DNA of 59,097 bases, counting the filler. It is 3 parts of 3 records of this genome, joined end to end, with 100 filler letters (N's around TTAATTAATTAA, not from the genome) between each part and the next. Parts side by side here need not be neighbours in the genome. Positions count along the whole stretch, not along the records: positions 1 to 27,521 come from DRR723986_4166; positions 27,622 to 41,928 come from DRR723986_4167; 1 more part is not named here. One strand, given 5' to 3'. Below are positions 19,473-29,239 of the stretch, one piece after another. The notes under the pieces are model-generated. The model searched no databases. It worked only from the letters and a program-made list of their open reading frames with translations, and was not told the origin of the DNA. How positions within the stretch are numbered: the stretch's first letter is position 1; every line of letters starts with the position of its first letter. Made by a program: the position numbers and the translations under genes.

Positions 19473-19591
19473 TGGGTGTCTCCTTGTTGGAATGCTTAAG
19501 GTTTCTACATTTTGCCGCCCGTGAAGCGTGTTCGGTGGGAGGCGTCAAGCGGTTTTGGTGCGGCTTTGACGCCGCACCGGCGAACAGGGTC

Positions 19592-20362
19592 CTAGTGGGA
19601 CGGGTGCAGGGCGTCGTTGAGATAGACGCAGGTCAGGATCGCGAAGACGTAGGCCTGAAGGCCTGCAACCAGGAATTCGAGCGCGTTGAGCGCAACGCCC
19701 ATCGAGAAAGCGAGAAGTGCCACCGGAACGTAGGCAATGCCGGCACCGATCAGCGTGACGGCGAAGCCGGCGAACAGTTTCAGCATGATGTGACCGGCCA
19801 GCATGTTGGCGAACAGACGCAGCGCCAGGGTCAGCGGACGGGCAAAGAACGAGATAACCTCGATCGGCACCAGAAGGAAGTAGATCAGGAACGGCGCGCC
19901 GGACGGGGCGAACAGTTTGAAGAATTTCAGGCCGTTCTTGTAGAAGCCGTAGCCAATCACGATCGAGATCACGAGCAGGGCGAGCGCCGCGGTCACGATG
20001 ATGTGGCTCGTCGTGGTGAAGGCGTACGGCACCATGCCGATCATGTTGGCGAAGAAGATGAAGAAGAAGAGCGTGAAGACGAACGGGAAGAATTTGAGGC
20101 CTTCCTCGCCGGCTGCGCCGCGCACCATGTCAGCGACGAAGCCATAACCGATCTCTGCCATCGACTGCAGGCGGGACGGCACCAGGAGTCCCTTTGAAGC
20201 AGCCACGCCGAAGAAGGCGATGGTCAGCACAACGCCCAGCAGCATGAAGCCGGAGGCATTGGTGAAGGACAGGTCTACGCCACCGATATTCAGGTCCAGC
20301 CATTTGCTGACCTGGAACTGGTGGATCGGGTCGATCGCTACGCTCGGCATCAGGAAGGTCAT
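19592..20362 (-). CDS. atpB: F0F1 ATP synthase subunit a
   Basis: DPIHQF, VPSRLQ, RLFANMLAGH and LQAYVFAIL motifs. The start may be 20350. Confidence 0.97.
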   Translation of the reverse strand: MTFLMPSVAIDPIHQFQVSKWLDLNIGGVDLSFTNASGFMLLGVVLTIAFFGVAASKGLLVPSRLQSMAEIGYGFVADMVRGAAGEEGLKFFPFVFTLFFFIFFANMIGMVPYAFTTTSHIIVTAALALLVISIVIGYGFYKNGLKFFKLFAPSGAPFLIYFLLVPIEVISFFARPLTLALRLFANMLAGHIMLKLFAGFAVTLIGAGIAYVPVALLAFSMGVALNALEFLVAGLQAYVFAILTCVYLNDALHPSH

Positions 20363-20724
20363 TCGTCCTTGGTCCCGTCTTCTTTTTTTGAGGCGTCTTG
20401 CCCCTCAGCTAACTCCAGCGCCCGAGCGTTCAGCTCTCTGTAGGCGCGCATTATGGCCCGGATCCCTGCAGCGAACCCGAAGGTACCGCCAATCAGCAAT
20501 CCCCAGGGCTCTGTTCCTGCGAACTTGTCGATCCAGAAGCCGATGAAGCCTCCGACAAAGACATTAGCGACGAATTCGGCGCCGTAACGCAGGGCATAGC
20601 CCCCTGCCGAGAGACTGACACCGTCTGCCTGCTCATCGCGCCGCTTTCTTGCCTCACGCTCATCGCGGGCCGCCTTTGCCTTGGCGATGCGTTCGCCGAG
20701 GTCGTTCGGTCCCTCGCTGGACAT
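20359..20724 (-). CDS. atpI: ATP synthase protein I (AtpZ/AtpI)
   Basis: EFVANVFVGGFIGFWIDK..GT.PW motif; first gene of the F0 operon. Confidence 0.9.
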   Translation of the reverse strand: MSSEGPNDLGERIAKAKAARDEREARKRRDEQADGVSLSAGGYALRYGAEFVANVFVGGFIGFWIDKFAGTEPWGLLIGGTFGFAAGIRAIMRAYRELNARALELAEGQDASKKEDGTKDE

Positions 20725-20874
20725 GATTTCAGATGCTCCGCAGCCGCGAATCCTTGCCGACGGGGCTTCCCCCCGGATTTCGGCGCAAACTATGTAGGCA
20801 GGCTGTCCAAGTCAACCGGAGATGCAGAAAGCTACCCCCCTGTTTTTCCTTGGATTATTTTCGTAATGTGTGCG

Positions 20875-23800
20875 CTACTCCGCCGCAACAAGCTCTTCGG
20901 CGGCCTGCAGGTCCACAGAAACCAGCTTTGAAACGCCCTGTTCGCGCATCGTAACCCCGAAAAGCCGGTCCATCCGGCTCATCGTGACCGGGTTGTGCGT
21001 GATGATCACGAAACGCGTGTCGGTGCGCTGGCGCATCTCGTTCAGCATGTTGCAGAAACGGTCAACGTTTGCGTCATCCAGCGGGGCATCCACCTCGTCC
21101 AGCACGCAAATCGGGGCCGGGCGCGACAGGAAGACAGCGAAGATCAGCGCCGCCGCCGTCAGGGCCTGCTCGCCGCCGGACATCAGGTTCAGCGTGCCCA
21201 GCTTCTTGCCGGGCGGCTGGGCGAAGATTTCGAGGCCGGCTTGCAGCGGATCGTCGGCATCGACAAGGCGCAGTTCGGCCTGGCCACCACGGAACAGCGC
21301 TGTGAATAGCGCCTTGAAATGCTCATTTACCTGCTCGAACGCTTTCACGAGGCGCTCGCGGCCTTCCTCGTTCAGGGCTTCGACGCCCTGGCGCAGCTTG
21401 GCGACCGCCTTGGTCAGGTCTTCCTTCTCGATCACCTGCGCGCCGAGGCGCTCTTCCATTTCGGTGGCTTCTTCCTCGGCTTCCATGTTCACGCCGCCGA
21501 GCTGGTCGCGGGTACGGCGCAGGTCTTCGGCCCGCCGTTCGATGTCGCGGGGGGCAAACTCGCCCATTTCCTCTTCATCGAGGCCGGCTTCGGCAATGGC
21601 GAGCAGGCCTTCCGGTGTGCGCTGGAAGTTGTTGCGGGCGTTTTCGACAGATTCTTCAAGGCGGCTTTCGGCCGTTTCGAGTTTCACTTTCCAGCCGGCG
21701 AGGGATTCGCGTGCCTCGGAGGCGGCAGCAGAGGCCCGGCGGGCAGCGAACTCGGCTTCGCGGATCGCAGCTTCCTTTTCGGCAAGCTGGTCGGCGGCCT
21801 TCTGGCGCTCCGCCTCCAGGGAGGCGACCTCAGCAGATCGCATATCGATTTCCGCGGCGAGCTGTTCCGGCCGGGTCTTGGCGGCCAGTGCTTCAGCCGC
21901 CGCGGCGGAGCGGCGCTCCAGCAGGCGGCCAACGCGTTCCGAGGCGGCAGAGATACGGCTCGTCCAGGTCTGCACGTCACGCTCAAGACCTTGCCGGCGC
22001 GCGGCGGCCTGTTCCCGGCCGCGTGTGATGTCGGTCAGGCGGCCGCGGGCTTCGATCTCGGCTGAGCGGGCTTCGGCGACTGCGGTGCGGGCCTCGGCGA
22101 GGCGGGCTTCGAGCGGGCTTTCCAGCTCGCGGCTGTCGGACGGCGCGATCAGGGCGAGATTCTCATTGACGATGGAAAGCTCGGACTCCGCCCGCGAGAG
22201 CGCTTCACCCGCCGTGTCACGTTTCATGGCTGCGCGCTCAGAAGCCTGCGCTGCTTCGGCGACCGTGCTGCGCGCCATGTTCAGCGCGCGCTGGGCCGGG
22301 GCGACTTCGTAGCGGCAATTGCGCAGGGCTTCTTCTGCGGCGATCCGGGCGTCACGTGCGGCGGTGAAATCTGCGTCACGCGCCGCGAGCGTTTCCTGGA
22401 GCGGTCCAAGTTCGGCAAGGGCGGCTTCAAGGCGTGCCTGTTGTTCCAGCCGGGCAGCGGCGCTAACGGGTGCATCGGGTGTACGGGCGAAGCCGTCCCA
22501 GCGCCAGAGATAGCCTTCTTTCGAAACGAGGCGCTGGCCCGGCTTCAGCTGTCCGGCGAGGCGGGCGCCTTCTGCGGCATCCACCAGTCCGCATTGTGAC
22601 AGGCGCGCGGCGAGTTCTCCCGGCGCATCCGTGTACTGAGAGAGGGGCGTCGCGCCCTCCGGCAGTATCTGGCCAACGGCATCGGCGCCGCCCCAATACA
22701 TGGCAGCGGCCTTGTCGGTCGGGGCTTCGATGTCGTCGCCGAGGGCGGCAGCAACGGCTTTCTCATAGCCGTCTCTCGTGCGGATGCGCTCCACAACTGG
22801 CGGGGCGCTCGGGCCTTCGGCCTTTCGTAGCAGTTTGCGCAGGCCGCCGATCTCGGCTTCCAGTTCGCGAACGGCGCTGGCGGCCTCGTCGCGCGGTGGC
22901 TGGGCGGCCGTCTCGGCATCACGCGTGGCGGCAAGGTGTTGTTCAGCTTCTTCAACGGCATGTTCTGCAGTCTGAAGCGCTGCTTCGGCCTCTTCTTCGG
23001 CAGCCTTCGCAGCCTTCAGCTTGCTGACGAGCGTAACGGCATCTTCGAGAGCGGCCATGTCGGCACGCAGGCGATCGACTTCAGCGGTCAGATGTGTCTT
23101 GCGCCGGGTCTGGGCCGCAGCCTGGTCCTCAGAGGCCTGACGACGCGCACGCGCTTCGGACAGGCGGGCCTGTGCGTCGTCTGCAGCCTGTTCAGCTTTG
23201 ATGAGGTCAGCACGCGCGGCTTCGAGTGCGGCTCGGGTCTGCGCTTCGGTCTCGGCATTGGCGGTTTCGTCTTCTACCGGCAGGGCGGAGAGTTCGAACT
23301 TGGCGTTGGCGAGTGCGTCTTCTGCTTCGGTCTTGGTGGCCTGCTCGCGCTCGATGTCCTCCATCAGGCGGGTCGCTTCAGCTTCCAGCCGGGCATGGGC
23401 GTCCGAGGCGACCTTGCGTTCGGTTTCTAGCTTTGCCAGAGCAATCCGCGCCTGGCCGAGCTTCGCCGCGACGAGGCTTTCGGCTTCGCGCAGCGGGGCA
23501 AGGCCCTCGCCGGCTTCGACGCGTGCAGCTTCGCAAGCGGCATCCTGCCGGGAGGCATCCTCCACCTGGCGCTTCGTTTCTTCCAGCTTCTCGCGCGCCG
23601 TCTCGCAGGCAAGCTTTGCCTCGTGCCAGCGCAGATGGGCGATCAGCGCGTCGAGGGCGTAGATCTCTTCGGACAGCTTCTTGTAACGGCGCGCTTTCGC
23701 GGCCTGCCGCTTCAGGCTGGCCAGTTGACGCTCCACCTCGGCAGACACCTCGGAGAGACGTTCGAGATTTGCTTCTGCGGCGTTGAGCTTCAGCTCCGCC

Positions 23801-24336
23801 TCGTGGCGGCGCGTGTTGAGGCCCGCGATGCCGGCCGCTTCTTCGAGGATGCGGCGGCGGTTCTGCGGTTTCGATCCGATCAGTTCGGAGATCTGCCCCT
23901 GACGCACCAGCGCAGGAGAGTTGGCGCCTGTCGACGCGTCTGCGAAGAGGAGCGTGATGTCCTTGCCGCGCACCGTGCGGCCATTCAGCTTGTAGGACGT
24001 GCCCGCCCCGCGGCGGATGCGGCGGACAATCTCCAGCGTGTCGGAGCCATTGAACTCCGGCGGGGCCGTGCGTTTCGAATTGTCGAGGATGAGCGTGACT
24101 TCGGCTGTCTCACGCGCGGGTCGTCCGGCTGAGCCGGAGAAAATAAGGTCATCCATCTCCCCGCCGCGCATCGCCTTGGCAGAGCTTGCGCCCATCGCCC
24201 AGCGCAGCGCTTCGAGGAGATTGGACTTGCCGCAGCCATTCGGCCCGACGATCCCGGTCAGACCGGGTTCGACGGGAAAATCCTGCGGGTCGACAAACGA
24301 CTTGAAGCCGGCAATGCGAAGTTCAGTGATCTGCAT
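20875..24336 (-). CDS. smc: Chromosome segregation protein SMC
   Basis: GFKSF, GPNGCGKSN, long coiled coils with a hinge, MSGGEQALTA and LDEVDAPLDDAN. Confidence 0.98.
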   Translation of the reverse strand: MQITELRIAGFKSFVDPQDFPVEPGLTGIVGPNGCGKSNLLEALRWAMGASSAKAMRGGEMDDLIFSGSAGRPARETAEVTLILDNSKRTAPPEFNGSDTLEIVRRIRRGAGTSYKLNGRTVRGKDITLLFADASTGANSPALVRQGQISELIGSKPQNRRRILEEAAGIAGLNTRRHEAELKLNAAEANLERLSEVSAEVERQLASLKRQAAKARRYKKLSEEIYALDALIAHLRWHEAKLACETAREKLEETKRQVEDASRQDAACEAARVEAGEGLAPLREAESLVAAKLGQARIALAKLETERKVASDAHARLEAEATRLMEDIEREQATKTEAEDALANAKFELSALPVEDETANAETEAQTRAALEAARADLIKAEQAADDAQARLSEARARRQASEDQAAAQTRRKTHLTAEVDRLRADMAALEDAVTLVSKLKAAKAAEEEAEAALQTAEHAVEEAEQHLAATRDAETAAQPPRDEAASAVRELEAEIGGLRKLLRKAEGPSAPPVVERIRTRDGYEKAVAAALGDDIEAPTDKAAAMYWGGADAVGQILPEGATPLSQYTDAPGELAARLSQCGLVDAAEGARLAGQLKPGQRLVSKEGYLWRWDGFARTPDAPVSAAARLEQQARLEAALAELGPLQETLAARDADFTAARDARIAAEEALRNCRYEVAPAQRALNMARSTVAEAAQASERAAMKRDTAGEALSRAESELSIVNENLALIAPSDSRELESPLEARLAEARTAVAEARSAEIEARGRLTDITRGREQAAARRQGLERDVQTWTSRISAASERVGRLLERRSAAAAEALAAKTRPEQLAAEIDMRSAEVASLEAERQKAADQLAEKEAAIREAEFAARRASAAASEARESLAGWKVKLETAESRLEESVENARNNFQRTPEGLLAIAEAGLDEEEMGEFAPRDIERRAEDLRRTRDQLGGVNMEAEEEATEMEERLGAQVIEKEDLTKAVAKLRQGVEALNEEGRERLVKAFEQVNEHFKALFTALFRGGQAELRLVDADDPLQAGLEIFAQPPGKKLGTLNLMSGGEQALTAAALIFAVFLSRPAPICVLDEVDAPLDDANVDRFCNMLNEMRQRTDTRFVIITHNPVTMSRMDRLFGVTMREQGVSKLVSVDLQAAEELVAAE

Positions 24337-24351
24337 TCCGGCTCCCTTGTC

Positions 24352-25110
24352 TTATGGTTGGTCGGTGGTTTCCGGCACGCCGGCATCTTCGCCCGCCGCG
24401 GTCGGCTGCGGCGCCGCGTCTTCGGCCGGGGCGGCAGCTTCGGTTTCCGTCGCAGGCGCTTCTTCGCCCAGCAGGCCGTCGATGAATTTCGAGAAATTCT
24501 CGACCGAGCCGGTCTCGCCGCCGAACAGGTGCTTCTCACCATTGATGATGAAGGTCGGGGTCGAGTCGACGCCCCACTTCTCGGTGGCGACCTGGTACTT
24601 GTCGGCCAGCGCGGTGCGATAGTCGCGGTTTTCCATGCAGGCGTCGAACTGGGCGGTCGTCTCAATGCCGTGGCGCTTGCCGATCGTCTGCAGCGTGGCT
24701 TTCAGCGTGCCGTTCTGGGCAGCGGTGATGACGCCGGCCTGGTTGCGGAACAAGTCATCCATGATGTCGAAGAACTTGTCGTCTCCGGCACACATGGCCA
24801 GCACATAGGCAGGCACATCCGGCTCGTGAATCGGGTATTCGCGGAAGACGAACTTCACCTTGCCGGTGACGACATATTTCTCCGTCAGAGCTGGCAGGAT
24901 GTCGTCGTGGAAATACTTACAGGCCGGGCAGGTCGGCGATGCGTATTCGATGATCGTGATCGGGGCGTTCTCGGAGCCCTTCACATGGTCGCCCTTCGTG
25001 ATGGCGGGTACGCCAGCTGTGGAGCCGCCTTCGCCACCGCCACATGCGGCAAGCATCAGGGCCGAAACTGCGGCCAGGGCGGAGCGTCTCGAGAGAAGAT
25101 TCATGATCAT
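24352..25110 (-). CDS. DsbA-family thioredoxin-fold lipoprotein
   Basis: SRRSAL (Tat-like) plus LAAC lipobox, EYASPTCPAC and STPTF motifs. Confidence 0.9.
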   Translation of the reverse strand: MIMNLLSRRSALAAVSALMLAACGGGEGGSTAGVPAITKGDHVKGSENAPITIIEYASPTCPACKYFHDDILPALTEKYVVTGKVKFVFREYPIHEPDVPAYVLAMCAGDDKFFDIMDDLFRNQAGVITAAQNGTLKATLQTIGKRHGIETTAQFDACMENRDYRTALADKYQVATEKWGVDSTPTFIINGEKHLFGGETGSVENFSKFIDGLLGEEAPATETEAAAPAEDAAPQPTAAGEDAGVPETTDQP

Positions 25111-25192
25111 GGCTTTCGCGTTAAGAATTGAGTCGATTGGGTTGCCAACTGGTTAACGGAAGCGGGGGCTGCTGTTAACTTTTGGCGCGCAT

Positions 25193-25849
25193 TCAGTTGT
25201 TTGCAGAAGCGGCTTTGGCCAGTTCCGCGTCAAGAAAAGCGGTGAAACCTTCGGGCGTCATCATGACGGTTGTGGCGGCATGGGCCATTCCGTCGACAAT
25301 GAAGGTCGGCGAGGCGTGGACGTCGTAATGTTCCGCTGATTTGTCGACTTCCAGCATGTCGAAACGGATATCCATGTCCTGGTAGCAGGTGTCGAATTTC
25401 TCGCGGTCGGTGATGCCATATGGTGTGCCGACGATCAAAAGCGTGCCGGGCAGGGTTCCGACCTGTGCGGCGACGAAGATCTCATCCTGCCGGGCAAAGA
25501 TGTCTTTGATGTAGGAGACGCCGTCCTCCTTCGGCAGGCACCGGGCCTGCGTCAGGATCGTCTTGTCGACCGAATTACGCACCCATTCGCGCATGACGAA
25601 ACGGACCTTGCCGGTGGCAATGTAGTTCTCCTCGACGACCGGCAGAACCTCTTGCGCAAATTCCTTGCAGTGGCTGCAGGTGGGCGAGAAGTATTCGATC
25701 ACCGTGACGGGCGCATCGGCGTCGCCTTCCACCCAGCCAAGCTCGTCTGCAGCGCTCCACTCTTTCCAGTCGTCCTGGGCAAAGGCAGGAGCCGCAAGGA
25801 CAATGCAGGCGAGTGCGGTTGTGGCGAGGCGTCGGGGCAGTCCGGTCAT
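25193..25849 (-). CDS. DsbA-family thioredoxin-fold protein
   Basis: Signal peptide, EYFSPTCSHC and ASPTF motifs; tandem paralogue of the adjacent gene. Confidence 0.9.
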   Translation of the reverse strand: MTGLPRRLATTALACIVLAAPAFAQDDWKEWSAADELGWVEGDADAPVTVIEYFSPTCSHCKEFAQEVLPVVEENYIATGKVRFVMREWVRNSVDKTILTQARCLPKEDGVSYIKDIFARQDEIFVAAQVGTLPGTLLIVGTPYGITDREKFDTCYQDMDIRFDMLEVDKSAEHYDVHASPTFIVDGMAHAATTVMMTPEGFTAFLDAELAKAASANN

Positions 25850-26409
25850 GATGGGTCCCGTGTGTTCTTGGGGTCTTCAGCGGTTAGCATGGCCGCACCG
25901 AGCGCAACAATTGCCTCTCGCAGCCGCTTGTCCTGAATGCCGGCCGTGCTCGCTTCGAGCCCGGCGCGTTCCTTCGGGGTGAGCGGGCGGATCACCCGGC
26001 GCGGTTTCTGAGGTGCTTCGCTGCTGGTCAGCGCGCCCTGCACCAGTTTGATCGAGACCACATCGCCGCCTGCCGCAACCGAGACGCGCTGGCGGATTGT
26101 CTCTGATTGGTGCTGAACCATCGGAGCCGCCTGAGGCAGCACGCGCAGGGTCAGCACCCGGCCGTCCTTTCCGCCGCTCAGGCGTTCGGGCCGGCAGAAC
26201 TTGTAGAGCTGCTCCCCGGCGATCTCGCGCCAGCGGCTTTTCAGGACCTGGATCGGCGGCAGTTTCTTCGCGCCGGACTTGCGGGTCAGCCGCTCAGCCG
26301 CCACACCGATCTTCGGCATGCCCGGATGGACGGCCCGGCCGCGCATGTAGCGCAGACGGACCCGTGCGCGGGCCTCCTCGATGGGATCGATGCTTGATCT
26401 GGTCACCAT
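25846..26409 (-). CDS. dciA: DUF721 / DciA family protein
   Basis: RWREIAG, LTLRV and QHQSETIRQRV motifs, in the usual mutY-DUF721-dsbA-smc context. Confidence 0.8.
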   Translation of the reverse strand: MVTRSSIDPIEEARARVRLRYMRGRAVHPGMPKIGVAAERLTRKSGAKKLPPIQVLKSRWREIAGEQLYKFCRPERLSGGKDGRVLTLRVLPQAAPMVQHQSETIRQRVSVAAGGDVVSIKLVQGALTSSEAPQKPRRVIRPLTPKERAGLEASTAGIQDKRLREAIVALGAAMLTAEDPKNTRDPS

Positions 26410-26429
26410 TGATCTGAGATTGCACGGGA

Positions 26430-27479
26430 ATGAAGACAACGGGAAGGCAGGCTGTGCCGAAACACGGGGATTTGAACAGACTGCCTGCAGACTTGCTCGT
26501 CTGGTTCGACAAGCATGGGCGGGATCTGCCCTGGCGCACGGCGCTGGGCGAGCGGCGGGACCCGTACCGCGTCTGGCTGGCCGAGATCATGCTGCAGCAG
26601 ACGACCATTCCCCACGGTACGCCGTATTTCCACGCCTTTACAAAGCGCTGGCCGACGGTCGAGGCGCTCGCCGCAGCGAAGGACGAAGACGTCATGGCGG
26701 CCTGGGCCGGGCTCGGCTACTACGCCCGGGCGCGGAACCTGCTGAAATGCGCGCGGGAGATTTCGGCGCGCGGAAGCTGGCCGGAAACGGCGGAGGCGCT
26801 GAAGAAGCTGCCGGGCATTGGTCCCTACACGGCGGGCGCCATCGCCGCGATCGCGTTCAACCAGCCAGCTGCCGCCGTGGACGGCAATGTCGACAGGGTC
26901 TTCGCACGCCTTCTGGCCCTGAAAGGTGACTGGGCCGAGGAGAAGAAGCGCCTCCATAAGCAAGTGGAATGTCTCGTACCGGACGACCGTCCGGGGGACT
27001 TTGCCGAAGCGCTGATGGACCTCGGCGCCACGGTATGCACGCCAACCAAGCCGAACTGCCTGATCTGCCCGCTGGCCGCTTATTGCACTGCCAAGACGGA
27101 AGGCGGTCCGGAGCGCTATCCCATCAAACCGCTGAAGAAGGTGAAGCCCATACGGCGCGGCGCGGCCTTCGTGGCGGTTCACAAGGGCGAAGTCCTGCTT
27201 CAGCGGCGGCCGGACAAGGGGCTGCTCGGTGGCATGTTGGGCCTGCCCACCAGCGACTGGGCGGAGGGCGAGCGCTCAGATTCCGCCCCGCCGTTCACGG
27301 CGGGCTGGGAAGAGATTGGCGAAGTCCGCCACGTCTTCACGCATTTCGACCTGCGCCTGACCGTGCAGCGGGCAGACCTGCCGCGCCGCCCGAAGGCAGA
27401 CGGCGTTTGGGTGCCATTGGCCGGGGTGGAAGGCCTGCCCAGCGTCTTTGCCAAGGCATTCCGGCTGGCGCTGAAATAA
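26430..27479 (+). CDS. mutY: A/G-specific adenine glycosylase
   Basis: RDLPWR, EIMLQQT, WAGLGYYARARNL, LPGIGPYTA, VDGNV and the 4Fe-4S CxxxxxxCxxCxxxxxC motif. Confidence 0.97.
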   Translation: MKTTGRQAVPKHGDLNRLPADLLVWFDKHGRDLPWRTALGERRDPYRVWLAEIMLQQTTIPHGTPYFHAFTKRWPTVEALAAAKDEDVMAAWAGLGYYARARNLLKCAREISARGSWPETAEALKKLPGIGPYTAGAIAAIAFNQPAAAVDGNVDRVFARLLALKGDWAEEKKRLHKQVECLVPDDRPGDFAEALMDLGATVCTPTKPNCLICPLAAYCTAKTEGGPERYPIKPLKKVKPIRRGAAFVAVHKGEVLLQRRPDKGLLGGMLGLPTSDWAEGERSDSAPPFTAGWEEIGEVRHVFTHFDLRLTVQRADLPRRPKADGVWVPLAGVEGLPSVFAKAFRLALK

Positions 27480-27521
27480 ACGACGCCTAGTTGTGGACTC
27501 TCAACAGGTTGTCCTCGGAGA

Positions 27522-27621
27522 NNNNNNNNNNNNNNNNNNNNNNNNNNNNNNNNNNNNNNNNNNNNTTAATTAATTAANNNNNNNNNNNNNNNNNNNNNNN
27601 NNNNNNNNNNNNNNNNNNNNN
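27522..27621. other. Artificial contig linker
   Basis: N44-TTAATTAATTAA-N44, giving stops in all six frames. Composition and codon style change abruptly across it. Confidence 0.99.
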
Positions 27622-28119
27622 CCAGTAGGCGTACATTTTTGCCACGGCATACGGGCTGCGCGGGTAAAAGGGCGTGGTTTCCTTTTGCGGAATTTCCTGC
27701 ACCAAACCATACAGTTCTGAAGTACTGGCTTGGTAAAAACGGGTCTTCTTTTCCAGGCCCAAAAAGCGGATCGCTTCCAGCAAACGCAGCGTTCCCATGG
27801 CATCTACATCGGCGGTGTATTCCGGGCTTTCGAAACTTACCGCCACATGGCTTTGTGCACCCAGGTTGTACACCTCGTCGGGTTGCACTTGCTGAATAAT
27901 GCGGGTCAGGTTAGAGCTGTCGGTGAGGTCGCCGTAGTGCAATTTAAAGCGGGCGTTTTCAACATGCGGGTCTTCGTAAATGTGGTCTACGCGCTGGGTG
28001 TTGAACAACGATGCACGGCGCTTAATACCATGCACTTCATAGCCTTTGCTCAACAAAAATTCAGCCAAATACGAACCATCTTGCCCGGTGATACCGGTGA
28101 TCAACGCCACTTTAGTCAT
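27622..28119 (-). CDS. gmd: GDP-mannose 4,6-dehydratase, 3'-truncated at the contig end
   Basis: [36 protein letters not shown] and [10 protein letters not shown] motifs. Confidence 0.97.
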
Positions 28120-28353
28120 TGCAGGGGTGCCTTGCTTAAATTGAATTCAAAGCGAAAGCTTAGGTGAACCATAGTTGAATTCCAAGTAGTGCACTACATA
28201 ATTTAGTATTGAATATGCCTATTTATTATTTATATACAGCATATGATGTATATAAAATACTTTTTCGGAATAAGTCGCTGCATCGCCAAGGAGTGTTTAA
28301 AGAGATATTGACTCACCCATCCTGGCAAGGTCGAGGGAATTTCAGGGCGAATC

Positions 28354-28398
28354 TTGCACAAAGTACCCAAAATAGGTATTATCGTACCCATTATGACT
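28354..28398 (+). promoter_or_regulatory. Sigma70-type promoter overlapped by a repeated operator
   Basis: TTGCAC (28354-28359), 17-bp spacer, TATTAT (28377-28382). GTACCCA occurs at 28363 and 28384. Confidence 0.6.
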
Positions 28399-29073
28399 CC
28401 AATTTCAATATCAGACAGTCTGTTCTCCAAAACACAGCAAAAGGTGTTGGGCTTGCTTTTCTTGCATCCTGAACGGTCTTTCTATGTCAATGAAGTAGTT
28501 CGACATGCCAATGCTGGCAAAGGCGCCGTGCAGCGTGAACTGCTTAAACTGGAATCCTCCGGGCTTGTTCTTTCAACGCCACAAGGCAACCAAAAACACT
28601 TTCAGGCCAACAGGCAGAATCCGGTTTTTTCTGATCTCCGCTCCTTGATCATCAAAACGTTTGGCATACGGGAAGTCATCGCGAACTGCCTGCAAAATCA
28701 CGCCACCAAGATAAACCGTGCGTTCATATTCGGGTCTATCGCCAAGGGAACAGACAATTCAAAAAGCGACATTGATTTGATGGTAGTTAGCGATCAACTT
28801 CACTTCCATGACCTTTTTGACCTGCTGCAACCTGCGGAAGAACTTCTGGGGCGAACCATTCAACCTACGCTGTATCGCACGCAAGAATTCGCAGAAAAAA
28901 AAGACACCGAATTTATGCGCCGAATTTTTGACGCACCAACCATTTCCGTCGTCGATGTGATTAATGAACAAAGAAATTCTCAAAAACCAACTCGACCTGG
29001 CCACTTTGGTTCGCACCCAGCGCCTGCAAGCCGGCGCCAAGGGCGGAAAAATGACAGCTCAAACCCTGGCTGA
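28393..29073 (+). CDS. wHTH + minimal nucleotidyltransferase (MntA-like antitoxin) protein
   Basis: N-terminal LFSKTQQKVLGLLF..PERSFYVNEVVR...VQREL HTH domain. The Pol-beta motif FGSIAKG....SDIDL (GS-x10-DxD) is intact. Confidence 0.88.
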   Translation: MTPISISDSLFSKTQQKVLGLLFLHPERSFYVNEVVRHANAGKGAVQRELLKLESSGLVLSTPQGNQKHFQANRQNPVFSDLRSLIIKTFGIREVIANCLQNHATKINRAFIFGSIAKGTDNSKSDIDLMVVSDQLHFHDLFDLLQPAEELLGRTIQPTLYRTQEFAEKKDTEFMRRIFDAPTISVVDVINEQRNSQKPTRPGHFGSHPAPASRRQGRKNDSSNPG

Positions 29074-29239
29074 ATTGGCGGGTGTTAGCCGCGACACCAT
29101 TTTTCGAATCGAACGCGGCGAAGATGTTTCATTTTCCACCGCCATGGCTGTGCTGCGGGTGTTTGGCTTGGGGCTAAGTGCAGCACCTGTGGAATGGCCC
29201 ACCTTGAACACAGCGCAACAACACTTCAAAACCCCGTGA
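28964..29239 (+). CDS. XRE-family HTH protein (HipB-like)
   Basis: LAELAGVSRDTIFRIERG...VLRVFGL. Its stop overlaps the next start (GTGA). Confidence 0.88.
   Translation: MNKEILKNQLDLATLVRTQRLQAGAKGGKMTAQTLAELAGVSRDTIFRIERGEDVSFSTAMAVLRVFGLGLSAAPVEWPTLNTAQQHFKTP

Noticed and set aside
17993-20724. F0 genes without F1 genes, and two b subunits
   Set aside because: A split atp operon with b and b' is normal in Alphaproteobacteria.
24352-25849. Tandem DsbA-family genes next to smc and dciA
   Set aside because: A common alphaproteobacterial neighbourhood; the duplication alone is unremarkable.
27566-27577. TTAATTAATTAA palindrome (also at 41973-41984)
   Set aside because: It is centred in exact N44 runs, so it is a synthetic six-frame stop linker and not biological.
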